64,000 nucleotides of DNA, from contig JABDFU010000006.1 in NCBI GenBank assembly GCA_013286385.1, positions 7,601-71,600 on the forward strand, given 5' to 3'. Below are positions 55,001 through 64,000 of the stretch, in pieces. The notes under the pieces are model-generated. The model saw nothing but the letters and a program-made list of their open reading frames with translations. It was not told the DNA's origin and ran no database searches. Source of the stretch: Bacteroidota bacterium. GTDB taxonomy: Bacteria > Bacteroidota > Bacteroidia > JABDFU01. The first letter of the stretch is position 1. Every line of letters begins with the position of its first letter. The translations under genes and the position numbers were made by a program.

Positions 55001-57036
55001 TGACCGTATCGGGAGGACGCGGAATTTTCGGCCTGTTTCTATTCTTCGCAACTATACTGAATGTTACAGCACAGGGCGTTTACAAGCCCCTTGCCTATCC
55101 CGGCAAAATTCCCAGCAACTATCTTTTTAACCCGGCACGCAGCGTAGATGATCTGAACGCGTCTATCCGAAACAGCCAGCTTTCAACTGATGAATTCGAC
55201 CGGTTCAGCGAAATGATTATTGATTACAAAAAGGAAACATTTTCAACCGGGGAAATTTATTTTAACTGGGAGAAAGCCGAAACTTACCTGAATTCCATAT
55301 TGCAGCGATTGCTTCCGGATTCACTCAAAAACAAATCAAACATTCATGTTTACATCAGACGCGATACCGACTGCAATGTCGGTACTCTGGATGACGGAAC
55401 GATTTTATTTAATGTAGGAGAATTGGCTGAGGCAACGAGCGAAGCGGTCCTGGCAGCCATCCTGGGACATGAGTTTACACATTATCTTCACCGCGACGGA
55501 TACCGATCCTGCGCCAGGCGCGTATGCGCTTCCAGACGATGGGATTATGAAATCAATTCGGAAGAAATAGACCTTTCGGATGCAAACTATTCCCGGGAAA
55601 TGGAACACGATGCAGACAGTCTGGGACTTGAAATTGCACTGAGTGCAGGATACAATGTGTCTGAACTGAACTCCTATTTTTACGACTACCTGATCGGTCA
55701 GGAAATTTATGAAAAAAACCACCGGCAAAAACATGTGATGAATGTGGGTTCAAAAAGGGATTCTATTCGCATAAAAAGGGAAAAAGATCGTATTGATTTG
55801 CTCAGCGATCACCCGGAGACCGCTTCAAGAATTGACTTTATAAAGCACTTCGGCCAAAACAATGAGCGAAACAAGACGACCCAAAAATTTTTGGTAAACG
55901 AAAATCTGTTTTGGTCTGTACGTCAACAGGCCAGATATGAACGCCTGAGCACGGCCATGCAAAACCTGGAGTTTTACGATTGCATTTTATTCGCTTTTGA
56001 ATATCATCTTTACGATCCTAAAGATGTAACCTACCTGTATTACTTACTGGATGGGATACGCAAATTGGTCTATACCGAAAATCATATAGCGGAAGAGGGG
56101 TTTCTCAACAGGCACCTTCGCAACTCATTAAAACCCGGGCAAGGCATTTTGCACAGGCCTGACTTGCTTTTCACGGACAGCAGTAAAATGAGAAATGTGA
56201 TGAATCCTGAATTGCTGGACACCAGGCACATCGCCTTTGAGAACTACAGCCAGGCCTTTGATTATTTTTTCAAAAAGGCAATTGAAATGGAATATACTGA
56301 GGCCTACCTGATTGCTGCGCAATGGAACATCCAAAATAAGGATTTGAGAAAAACCTACTGTATGAAATACCTGGAAAATCCAACCGCCCAATACAGAGAT
56401 TACGCAACAAGCCTTCTGAAAGGTGGCCTGGAAAGCGATCTCAAAGAAAATAAGAAAGAATTTTTTTTAACAACATCCTTCGGTGTTTATGAAAAATACA
56501 ACGATGGTCTTTATCCCAGGATGTTTAAATCCCAGACAAAATCTCCTGTTTTCCTTTCAGCGTTTGATACGTATTTAAAACGAAAGTATCCTGGAAAAGA
56601 AATCATTTTGCTGGACAGTTTAAAGGAAAAAAATCTGCAGGACTATATGCTGTATATGAAAGTGTTTGAAAATTCCCTTGCGCTTTATGAAAATCTGAAA
56701 GCCGCCAAAACGAAAAAAAAAGAAATCTACTTCGAAGATACTCCGGAGCCGGAAAAAAAGGAGGGATACCTGCCTGATGTATTTGTTCTCGATCAGGATA
56801 CCTGGTATTTTTTTAAAGAAAACAAATTAAGCACGCTGGAGTACCTTTCAACTGCCACCTTTGAATTCAAAACCAAGATTCATAGGATGCTGGCCCGCAG
56901 ATATACAAAAACGAATTACCTGAAATACAATATGAAATCTCCCGTTTTTCTGACCGGAAGCGAGCAGAACTTCCGTTTCGCGAAAAAACCCAGGAAATAC
57001 GCACGTAGTGTAATGGATCAAATTCAAAACAACTGA
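55000..57036 (+). CDS. secreted M48-like zinc metallopeptidase-domain protein
   Basis: Signal peptide. HEFTH (HExxH) followed approx. 45 aa later by EMEHDADSLG, an M48-type ExxxAD third-ligand region. The remaining approx. 450 aa are uncharacterised. Confidence 0.45.
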   Translation: MTVSGGRGIFGLFLFFATILNVTAQGVYKPLAYPGKIPSNYLFNPARSVDDLNASIRNSQLSTDEFDRFSEMIIDYKKETFSTGEIYFNWEKAETYLNSILQRLLPDSLKNKSNIHVYIRRDTDCNVGTLDDGTILFNVGELAEATSEAVLAAILGHEFTHYLHRDGYRSCARRVCASRRWDYEINSEEIDLSDANYSREMEHDADSLGLEIALSAGYNVSELNSYFYDYLIGQEIYEKNHRQKHVMNVGSKRDSIRIKREKDRIDLLSDHPETASRIDFIKHFGQNNERNKTTQKFLVNENLFWSVRQQARYERLSTAMQNLEFYDCILFAFEYHLYDPKDVTYLYYLLDGIRKLVYTENHIAEEGFLNRHLRNSLKPGQGILHRPDLLFTDSSKMRNVMNPELLDTRHIAFENYSQAFDYFFKKAIEMEYTEAYLIAAQWNIQNKDLRKTYCMKYLENPTAQYRDYATSLLKGGLESDLKENKKEFFLTTSFGVYEKYNDGLYPRMFKSQTKSPVFLSAFDTYLKRKYPGKEIILLDSLKEKNLQDYMLYMKVFENSLALYENLKAAKTKKKEIYFEDTPEPEKKEGYLPDVFVLDQDTWYFFKENKLSTLEYLSTATFEFKTKIHRMLARRYTKTNYLKYNMKSPVFLTGSEQNFRFAKKPRKYARSVMDQIQNN

Positions 57037-57040
57037 AAAA

Positions 57041-58468
57041 CTAAAACGATTTCAGCAGATAATCAGAAAACGCAAATAGTTTGGATTCTTCGAATTTACG
57101 GCCGATGAGCTGGATGCCGAAGGGAAGGCCGTTGCTGTGTTTGCCCATGGGAAGGGAAATGGCAGGAAGGCCGGTGATGTTGGCTTGTACGGTGAAGATG
57201 TCTTCGAGGTACATCTTGATGGGGTCGGCGCTGTTTTCTCCGAATTTAAATGCGGTGCCCGGAGTGGTTGGCAATACGATAAAGTCGTAGCTGTTTAAAA
57301 TTTCAAGGGTTTTGTTCTGCAGCAGGCGTCTCACTTTCTGTCCTTTTGAATAGTAGGCGTCGTAATAGCCTGAACTTAATACGAAAGTGCCCAGCATAAT
57401 CCGGCGCTGAACTTCTTTGCCGAATCCCTCGCTTCGGGTCTTGCGGAAGGTCGAATCGAGATCAACTGCATTTTTACTGCGGGTTCCGAAGTTCAGACCC
57501 TGGTAGCGCGCCAGGTTGGAGGATGCTTCTGCTGTTGTGAGTACGTAGTAAACCGGAACCAGGTAGTCGAGAAAGGGAAAGGAAACGGGCTCGACGGTTT
57601 GGCCTGCTTTTTTTAATTGTCCTATCAGGTCAGAAGTGCGTTGTTTAATTTCAGGATCAAGTCCTTCTTTGTCCAGGCAGTCCTGCAGGTAGGCTACTTT
57701 GAATTTTGATACGTCCTGTTTTAGTTCTTTGGAATACGAAGGAACGGGTTTGGAGGAAAGGGTGCTGTCGTACTGATCCATTCCGGAGATGATTTCCATA
57801 ATCAGGGCAGCATCTTCGATGTTGTTTGTTATGGGCCCGATCTGGTCAAAGGATGAAGCGTAGGCGATGGCTCCGTAACGGGAGACCCTGCCGTAGGTGG
57901 GTTTGAGGCCGACGACTCCGCAAAAGGAGGAGGGTTGACGGATGGAGCCTCCGGTATCCGTTCCAAGTGTGGCCAGGCAGAGACCGGCGGCGACAGCCGC
58001 CGCGGCTCCTCCTGAGGAGCCGCCCGGAACCCGGGAGGTCTCGAGCGGGTTGAGGACATTTCCGAATGCTGAATTTTCGTTGGAACTGCCCATTGCGAAT
58101 TCATCGCAGTTGCAGCGTCCGATGATGATGGCGTCTTCTCTGAGGAGGCGTTCAACTACGGTCGCGCTGTACAGGGAGCTGAAGCCTTCGAGAATTTTAG
58201 AGGAGGCTGATACTTTGTGGTCTTTGTAACAGATGTTGTCTTTTAAGCCAATGACCAGCCCGGCCAGCCGGCCGGCCGTACCGGATTTTATCTTTGCGTC
58301 GATTTCGCCGGCGCGCTGAAGCGCCTCTGAGGTGAATACTTCCAGAAAAATGTTGAGCTGTTTGTTTTTTTCAATCCGGTCTAAATAAAAGGAAAGCAAA
58401 GCCTTCAGATTCAGTACGCCGGATTTTAAATCAGCCTGGATTGCAGAAAGGGAAGAGTAGGTATTCAA
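57041..58468 (-). CDS. gatA: Asp-tRNA(Asn)/Glu-tRNA(Gln) amidotransferase subunit A
   Basis: Amidase signature GGSSGGAAAAVAAG with a Ser-cisSer-Lys triad context. Confidence 0.9.
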   Translation of the reverse strand: MNTYSSLSAIQADLKSGVLNLKALLSFYLDRIEKNKQLNIFLEVFTSEALQRAGEIDAKIKSGTAGRLAGLVIGLKDNICYKDHKVSASSKILEGFSSLYSATVVERLLREDAIIIGRCNCDEFAMGSSNENSAFGNVLNPLETSRVPGGSSGGAAAAVAAGLCLATLGTDTGGSIRQPSSFCGVVGLKPTYGRVSRYGAIAYASSFDQIGPITNNIEDAALIMEIISGMDQYDSTLSSKPVPSYSKELKQDVSKFKVAYLQDCLDKEGLDPEIKQRTSDLIGQLKKAGQTVEPVSFPFLDYLVPVYYVLTTAEASSNLARYQGLNFGTRSKNAVDLDSTFRKTRSEGFGKEVQRRIMLGTFVLSSGYYDAYYSKGQKVRRLLQNKTLEILNSYDFIVLPTTPGTAFKFGENSADPIKMYLEDIFTVQANITGLPAISLPMGKHSNGLPFGIQLIGRKFEESKLFAFSDYLLKSF

Positions 58469-58491
58469 CTCAATAGAAATGCGCTTAAGTC

Positions 58492-58716
58492 TTAAGTCTT
58501 TTGCTCAGAACTTATACTTTTATTACTATTGTTTTCAGGGGTGTTTTTATGCTGCTCATCAACTCCATTGGAAGCGTCTTTGAATTCCTTGATTCCTTTT
58601 CCAATGCCCTTCATCAATTCGGGTAATTTTTTTCCACCGAACAATAATAGTAAAGCGAAAGCAACAATAGCTATGTCGGGTCCGCTGAAAATGTTTAACA
58701 GAACGTGCGATATCAT
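58492..58716 (-). CDS. tatA: twin-arginine translocase TatA/E family protein
   Basis: 74 aa with one TM helix and the FGGKKLPEL hinge motif. Confidence 0.75.
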   Translation of the reverse strand: MISHVLLNIFSGPDIAIVAFALLLLFGGKKLPELMKGIGKGIKEFKDASNGVDEQHKNTPENNSNKSISSEQKT

Positions 58717-58767
58717 GGCAGTAATTTTATTTGTACAAAGATACGGGAATAAGTCATATCTACCACG

Positions 58768-61122
58768 TTATTGCAGCACTGAACCGATAACGATCACTTT
58801 CTTCAAAGCAGCAAAGTTATTGGCCCTGATTTCAACCATGTACAGGCCGGAAGGCAGCACGGACAGATCAAGGCTGGTTTTGCCCTGATTTTTGGAGGGG
58901 CTGCTGATGATGAGTTCCCTGCCCAGGTAGTCCTGCACTTTTATCAGACTGGAAGGATCGTTGGATATCCAGGCCGGGTATTCGATATTCAGAAGTCCGC
59001 TGGCGGGATTCGGATAAACCGAAATCAGGGCGCTTTGATCAATTGGGGCAATGCCGGAAACAGTGTAATTATTTTTTATGTTGCTGCGGGAGCTATTGAC
59101 CACATTTGCGGCTCTCTCTTTGAGGGTTGGATTACAGGATAACAACCATTCGGTCTGGACTACCCAGCTGGACTTTGGATAGAGGTTCCAGTTCGGGTCG
59201 GATTGCTGGGTCTGATCTCCGGGGACACTGGTTAACAAAGCAAATGCCGTCCCAATAGCGTCGGATTTGAGCAGGTCGTATGAGGTTACCGGACTTGCTT
59301 CATTCTCAATAGAGTAAGGGGTCCAGCTGAAGTTGCCCGAGCCTAAATTCTGGAAAAACATGCTGTTGTGGTAATGGCTCAATACACCGTAATTGCCTGA
59401 TGTGTCCAGCACTTCAAGTTTGTATCGGTTAGAGCTTACATTGGGATCACCTGTGAAGGAACCGTAGCGTGTGCGCACAGTATCAACAAATAGGCCTTCG
59501 GAATCAGCCGGTATGACGGCCACTTGTTTGTACACTCCGGATGTGGTTTCACGCAGCAAAATAAACTGACTGGCTTCGGGATGAGCAAGTCGCTCATAAT
59601 AAATAAAATTGTATTTTGAAAGGGTGTCGACGGTGACCATGCAAAGATGAGGAGCCGGCAAATTGTTCTGAACTACGGCATCGGTAATATAGATGTCTCC
59701 GCTGCCGGTCTTGGTGAGTTTGTTTAATCCGAAAAACAAAGAGTCAGAAGTAAATTCGCCCGTAATGTATTGGACTCCTGATAAAGGGCTTATACCCAGT
59801 CCGTTTACGGTTTCCGACAGCAGTCCTCCCCCGCTTTTGGCCCATCTTAGTCCCCCGCCGGTATTGTATTTAAGCAGATAGATATCGGTGGTCGTGTCAG
59901 AATTTGAGGCATTTGTAAGGGTAATTCCATTGATTGAAGTGGTCGCCGAGAAAAAGGATCCGGCAACGAATACATTGCCGGCAGTATCTGTAGCCACAGC
60001 AGTCGCCCCGGGATTATAGTAAGTGATTAGTGAAGGGGTATAACTGCTTGAAGAGCCGGGGAAGTATTTACCCCATAAAGCTGTTCCGGCAGCGTTGAAT
60101 TTCGCCAGGAACCCCGATCCGCTATAACCCGAATTGTTGCTGTTGGTAATATTGACGGATCCAAATGTAATGGTGGTTGACTCAAAATATCCTGCCAGGA
60201 AAACGTTGCCGGAAGGATCAACTGCAACTGCATTTCCGTTGTTTACATTGTCGGTTCCCGCTGCTTTTGCCCATTGCGCTACTCCGCCCGAATTGTATTT
60301 GACAAGAAAAATGTTGTAAAAACTTGGTCCCATTAGTTTTATTGAACCAAAACTTATGGAATCCTGGAAATTTCCGGTAATGTAAATGTTTCCGGTAGCA
60401 TCTACGGCTATTCCGCTGGCCTGGTCGTAATCATTTACATATCCCGAACTGGTAGCCCAGGTTGCTTTTCCGGTGCTGTCAAATTTTGCAGCAAAAGCAT
60501 TGTAATAGGCAACGGTATTCAGTTGAGTTGATCCAAAGCTCAGAACGTCAGAGCTGAAAAATCCGGACATGTAGATGTTGCCGCTTTTGTCACAGACGAT
60601 GGAGGTGGATCCGGCTTCGGCATCGCCATCAGAGGATTGGGCCCATGCCAGGCTGCCTGATGGGTTGTATTTAAGCAAAAAGATATTCCATGACCCGCCA
60701 TTGGTTAATACGGTTGATCCAACTGTAAGTGTGGGAGAACTGTAATTTCCGGAAACGTACAGGTTTCCTGATTTATCGGTTGTGAGGGTTATCGCATTCT
60801 CATTGTAATAGGCGGCTCCCAGACTTTTGGCCCAAAGGATAGTTCCGCAGGAATCCTGTTTGAGAATGTAGATATCGCTGCTGGTTCCGGAATTGTCTGA
60901 ATTCACTAAGGTTGTTGATCCGAAGGTTATGTTGGCAGAGTAAAACAATCCGCAGGAATACACGTTGCCGTTTTTATCAACGGTTATGCCGTAGCCCCCA
61001 TCCTCCTGGGGACCTCCATAAGCTGTTCCCCACTGGCAATGGGGCTGGGCTTTTGCAACTGAACACAGCAACACGAGCAATGAAGCAAATGCACTGTTCC
61101 GGATACGTACAGATTTTTTCAT
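58768..61122 (-). CDS. secreted SBBP-repeat (beta-propeller) protein with a T9SS type-A C-terminal sorting domain
   Basis: 784 aa with a signal peptide. Approx. 7 repeats of the form D..GN.Y.SG.F.S. The C-terminal ISVYPNPASGLLNIEY...GLYMVEI is a T9SS C-terminal domain. Confidence 0.7.
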   Translation of the reverse strand: MKKSVRIRNSAFASLLVLLCSVAKAQPHCQWGTAYGGPQEDGGYGITVDKNGNVYSCGLFYSANITFGSTTLVNSDNSGTSSDIYILKQDSCGTILWAKSLGAAYYNENAITLTTDKSGNLYVSGNYSSPTLTVGSTVLTNGGSWNIFLLKYNPSGSLAWAQSSDGDAEAGSTSIVCDKSGNIYMSGFFSSDVLSFGSTQLNTVAYYNAFAAKFDSTGKATWATSSGYVNDYDQASGIAVDATGNIYITGNFQDSISFGSIKLMGPSFYNIFLVKYNSGGVAQWAKAAGTDNVNNGNAVAVDPSGNVFLAGYFESTTITFGSVNITNSNNSGYSGSGFLAKFNAAGTALWGKYFPGSSSSYTPSLITYYNPGATAVATDTAGNVFVAGSFFSATTSINGITLTNASNSDTTTDIYLLKYNTGGGLRWAKSGGGLLSETVNGLGISPLSGVQYITGEFTSDSLFFGLNKLTKTGSGDIYITDAVVQNNLPAPHLCMVTVDTLSKYNFIYYERLAHPEASQFILLRETTSGVYKQVAVIPADSEGLFVDTVRTRYGSFTGDPNVSSNRYKLEVLDTSGNYGVLSHYHNSMFFQNLGSGNFSWTPYSIENEASPVTSYDLLKSDAIGTAFALLTSVPGDQTQQSDPNWNLYPKSSWVVQTEWLLSCNPTLKERAANVVNSSRSNIKNNYTVSGIAPIDQSALISVYPNPASGLLNIEYPAWISNDPSSLIKVQDYLGRELIISSPSKNQGKTSLDLSVLPSGLYMVEIRANNFAALKKVIVIGSVLQ

Positions 61123-61167
61123 TTTAACGGAGTTGATTAAAGGATTTGAAATTAGGTTAGAACGGAA

Positions 61168-61404
61168 TCACTTTTTTTTCAAAAAATCTTTTATAAAAAA
61201 GTACATGGCGCCGAAAACAGAAAGCAGGGCAAGCGTAAGCGTAAATACCGGAACCTTTGTAAGGCCCAGGTAGCGGTCTGATTTTATTCCGGCAAAAGTT
61301 CCCAGGCCGATAATGGCGGCCATCTGGAAGCCCATTCCGGCATATTTCCCTAAATCAATAGGAGGCGACTTTTTCCTGGGATTTTGCCTGGGTGTTTCCT
61401 CCAT
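61168..61404 (-). CDS. AtpZ/AtpI-like small membrane protein (probable)
   Basis: 78 aa with two TM helices and a Lys-rich end. The alternative start MGFQ at 61335 would remove the 50-bp overlap with the bactofilin gene. Confidence 0.4.
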   Translation of the reverse strand: MEETPRQNPRKKSPPIDLGKYAGMGFQMAAIIGLGTFAGIKSDRYLGLTKVPVFTLTLALLSVFGAMYFFIKDFLKKK

Positions 61405-61780
61405 AACCTATGTCTTTGATTACCGCTCCACCCATACTGCAGGATCCGGAGAAATTAGCTCCCGGTTCGATGTGCAATTTTCCGGAAACGATATCTCCGG
61501 TAAGCTTTGCGCTTGATTTTAAGGACAACAGGTCACTTACATTTATTTTTGCTTTAATGGTGCCTGATACATCGGCATTCTGGCAAACCACTTCTCCTTC
61601 AATAGAGCCGGAGGAGCCGACTACCAGTTTGCCTTTTACATTAAGTGAGCCTTTAATGGTTCCGTCTATGCGGATATCGCCGTTTGATTTGATATCACCT
61701 TCAATGATGGTTCCGGCACCTATCAGATTGATAGACTGCGTTTCAGGAGTGGTTGGTTTGGACATGGTATTACCGAACAT
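61355..61780 (-). CDS. bactofilin family polymer-forming cytoskeletal protein
   Basis: 141 aa with a beta-helical repeat pattern (IEGDIKSNGDIRIDGTIKGSLNVKGKLVVGSSGSIEGEV) typical of bactofilin/DUF583. Confidence 0.75.
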   Translation of the reverse strand: MFGNTMSKPTTPETQSINLIGAGTIIEGDIKSNGDIRIDGTIKGSLNVKGKLVVGSSGSIEGEVVCQNADVSGTIKAKINVSDLLSLKSSAKLTGDIVSGKLHIEPGANFSGSCSMGGAVIKDIGYGGNTQAKSQEKVASY

Positions 61781-61827
61781 TTTGGTTAGTACTTAGATTG
61801 GCGTAGTTGCCGACCAAATATAGGGGA

Positions 61828-62241
61828 TTATTTCGAGGTTTTAAAATCCAGCTTGACGGTGCTGCCGTTGTTTTCGAATTCGACTTTGTCAGCCAGGTTG
61901 CGCATGAGGAATACGCCACGGCCATTGGGTTTTTCGAGGTTTTCGGGAGAAGTGGGATCGGGTAAATGGGAGTAGTCAAAACCCGGACCTTCGTCTTTTA
62001 TGGTAAAGGAAATGTGGTCGGGACGCATACTGAAGGTGATATCGATGTGTTTTTTCGGGTTGTTTTGATTGCCGTGCTGAATGGCGTTGTTTACCGCCTC
62101 TGTCAGCGCAACAAGGATGTTGCCATAGTAATCTTCACTGATCTTGAATTTGTCACAGATATCATTGATCAGGCTTTCAACCATAACGATGTTCTCGGTC
62201 TTGGAAGAAATGGTTAGCGTTTTTTTGTCGTCGGCAGCCAT
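61828..62241 (-). CDS. HATPase_c anti-sigma regulatory factor (RsbW/SpoIIAB-like Ser/Thr kinase)
   Basis: 137 aa with ALTEAVNNAIQHG (N-box), DEGPGF (G1 box) and GRGVFLMRNLAD (G2 box). Confidence 0.7.
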   Translation of the reverse strand: MAADDKKTLTISSKTENIVMVESLINDICDKFKISEDYYGNILVALTEAVNNAIQHGNQNNPKKHIDITFSMRPDHISFTIKDEGPGFDYSHLPDPTSPENLEKPNGRGVFLMRNLADKVEFENNGSTVKLDFKTSK

Positions 62242-62243
62242 AA

Positions 62244-64000
62244 TTACTCAAAACTATTAAAATATTCGTTCACTTTTGACTTATAGAAGGGATTTAATGA
62301 GGCCGGTACTGTTTTCAGCAATTCTATCTCTTTTGCCTTAAGCTTGTTGTATTCTAAAAATGCGTTGGGATTTCGGGCATATTCCTTACGGGCTTCTGTA
62401 GATTCCCTTTTTTCATCCTGATCCTTTTCTTTTTCGGCTTTTTCGTAATCCAGAAGTTTGTTAAGAATGTCCTGCTGGCGTTTAATGGTTTCCTGACTGA
62501 TCATTTTGTTGACTAAATCGGTTTCGGTCTCATCCATTTTTTTAATCGCATCTCTTCCCGGATTTTTACCGTTTGACCCTCCTTTTTCCATGCCGTCTGC
62601 AGCCTTTTCCATCTGCTGACGTATATAGGCCTGCTGGGCTGCCAGTTTGGCCAATTGTTCACTCATTCCCTGGGTGCCGTTTTCTCCCTGTTTCCCGTTT
62701 TCTCCCTGTTTGCCTTGTTTTCCGTTTTTAGATTTTTCCATGGCATCCTTCATTTGCTGGATCTGTGCATTCAGCTGTTCCTGCATAGACCGGAGTTTCG
62801 AAAAGCCCGGTTTTTTTCCCTTGCCGCCGGGTTTATTGCAACTGCCTTTTCCCGGTTTCTGGTTCTGACTCTGGGCCTGCATATTTTGCAGAGCTTCGTT
62901 CAGCATCAAGGCCAGGTTGTTGATGGAAGTCATGGAGAATTGCTGGCGACTGGCGGCTTCTGAAGTTTGTCGTTCTGCAATGGCTGCAATGGCCTTTTCC
63001 ATGTTCATGTTGATGGCCGTCACTTCTCTGTTGACCGCCGTCTTAATGGCCGGCTGTCTTTTGCTCAGTGCAAGCAGGCTGTCCTCTATCATTTTTGCGT
63101 CGTCTACCAGTTTCTTCTGATCCTGGGCTACCATCGGGTACTGGGGATTGTCCGTACGTAAGGTCTTCAGGTTTACCATAAGGTTTTCCTGATCAAACGA
63201 TAACTGAACCAGATTATTGAGAATTTCCCGAAGTGATTTTGCATCTTCTTCCTGAGCCTGTTCCTGCATCTGCTGTTGCATCTGCTGCATCTGATTGGCC
63301 AGGTCCTGCATTTTGTCAGCCGCTTTTTTCTGGGATTCAGAGGCTTTGCTTTTTTTGCTGTCCTTAAGAGCCTCCTGGCTTTTATTCATTTCCTGTTTAA
63401 TGTCTTCCTGTTTTTTATCGGTATTCTGAAGGGCATTGGGTTCTTCAAGCTCTTTGTTTTTTTTGTCCATTTCGGCCATGTCCTTTTTGAAGTCGTCCAT
63501 TTTTTTATTCAGGTCGTCCTGCTTTTTTTCAAGTTCTTTGTTGTCTGCTTTTTTATCCTCTGTTTTTTGGCTGAGCCGTTGCTGTTCTTTTTGAAGCTGA
63601 TTTATTTTTTCGATGTTTTCCTGAAGTTTTTGTTCGACTTCGAGACGTTTGAAGGATTCGAGTGCTCGGTCGAGTTCTTTCTCGACGTCCTTTGCATTCA
63701 TTTTCATTTTGTCCAACTGGTTCTGAACTTTATTTTTGTCCAATTCACTCAGCAGTTTCTGAAGTTCATCCATCTTTTCTTTCATCTCGGGAGTGAGGAC
63801 TTCTTTGAAGAGTTCTTCGAGTTGCTGCTGCTTTTCGGCAATCTGCTGATCGACCTGCTTGAATTCAGATTCCTGGTTGTTGTTTTGCTGATTTTCGTTT
63901 TTTATGCTTTCGACCTTTTTTTGCATTTCCTCCTGTTTCTGAAGCAGGGATTCCATTTTTTTCTTTTCTTCCCAGGTCAGGTCTTTTTTCTCCAGCACTT
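62244..64000 (-). CDS. long Gln/Lys/Glu-rich coiled-coil protein (DUF4175-like); 5' end off the window
   Basis: At least 584 aa, and the ORF continues upstream beyond 64000. It has extended heptad-like charged repeats. Its stop is 3 bp from the anti-sigma-regulator-like gene start. Confidence 0.5.
   Translation of the reverse strand, partial: VLEKKDLTWEEKKKMESLLQKQEEMQKKVESIKNENQQNNNQESEFKQVDQQIAEKQQQLEELFKEVLTPEMKEKMDELQKLLSELDKNKVQNQLDKMKMNAKDVEKELDRALESFKRLEVEQKLQENIEKINQLQKEQQRLSQKTEDKKADNKELEKKQDDLNKKMDDFKKDMAEMDKKNKELEEPNALQNTDKKQEDIKQEMNKSQEALKDSKKSKASESQKKAADKMQDLANQMQQMQQQMQEQAQEEDAKSLREILNNLVQLSFDQENLMVNLKTLRTDNPQYPMVAQDQKKLVDDAKMIEDSLLALSKRQPAIKTAVNREVTAINMNMEKAIAAIAERQTSEAASRQQFSMTSINNLALMLNEALQNMQAQSQNQKPGKGSCNKPGGKGKKPGFSKLRSMQEQLNAQIQQMKDAMEKSKNGKQGKQGENGKQGENGTQGMSEQLAKLAAQQAYIRQQMEKAADGMEKGGSNGKNPGRDAIKKMDETETDLVNKMISQETIKRQQDILNKLLDYEKAEKEKDQDEKRESTEARKEYARNPNAFLEYNKLKAKEIELLKTVPASLNPFYKSKVNEYFNSFE

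Noticed and set aside
1-64000. CRISPR arrays, IS elements, integrases, prophage or defence-system genes
   Set aside because: I found none. There are no repeat-spacer periodicity, transposase or integrase motifs, nuclease or helicase defence hallmarks, or tRNA attachment sites in the window.

Overview
This 64 kb window reads as a chromosomal segment from a gliding, T9SS-bearing member of the Bacteroidota, likely Cytophagia, Chitinophagia or Sphingobacteriia. It is densely coding on both strands with about 50 genes. I see no rRNA, tRNA, CRISPR array, IS element or transposase. Three themes run through it: housekeeping, envelope glycans, and T9SS/gliding. I cannot name one clean undescribed system; the most promising candidates are the Arn-like gene set, the TPR membrane-protein paralog pair (one copy amber-interrupted) and the DUF2723 GT-C-like protein with its Tat aminotransferase. 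Housekeeping genes include nrdJ (class II ribonucleotide reductase), purB, asd, homoserine dehydrogenase, pgk, holB, gatA, tatA, a Fe/Mn superoxide dismutase, dCMP deaminase, an M1 aminopeptidase, a ClC channel and an SMR exporter. An envelope-glycan theme is visible: an ArnT/PMT-like GT-C glycosyltransferase (5' partial at the window start), a membrane metallophosphoesterase, a Kdo transferase, a DegT aminotransferase with ugd and a UXS-like decarboxylase, and a GT2-like gene. There is also a DUF2723 (TMEM260-like) GT-C-like membrane protein next to a Tat-signal class-V aminotransferase. The T9SS/gliding theme comprises a holB-PSP1-gldH block and three large cargo genes, one with a type-B (CHU_C) C-terminal domain, one with SprB-like repeats and one with SBBP beta-propeller repeats. 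The most unusual items are listed here. First, there are two paralogous polytopic membrane proteins with N-terminal TPR repeats. The longer copy carries a C-terminal concanavalin-A/LamG-like domain and is split by a single in-frame TAG that replaces a conserved Trp codon. Second, a PSP1 protein has a Cys-rich N-terminus and an Asn/Pro-rich tail encoded by 18-bp tandem repeats. Third, a Gly/His-rich tail-anchored ORF is present. Fourth, three intergenic DNA motifs stand out: a 22-bp tandem direct repeat, a perfect 17-bp palindrome, and a 9-bp inverted repeat flanking the nrdJ -7 box. Fifth, two secreted pairs look translationally coupled: a repeat protein with an S41 protease, and an unknown protein with an M48-like metallopeptidase. 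Sixth, a block of an HATPase anti-sigma-regulator-like gene, a bactofilin and a long coiled-coil protein lies at the window end. Function calls are based on motifs I recognise by eye; no database search was run.
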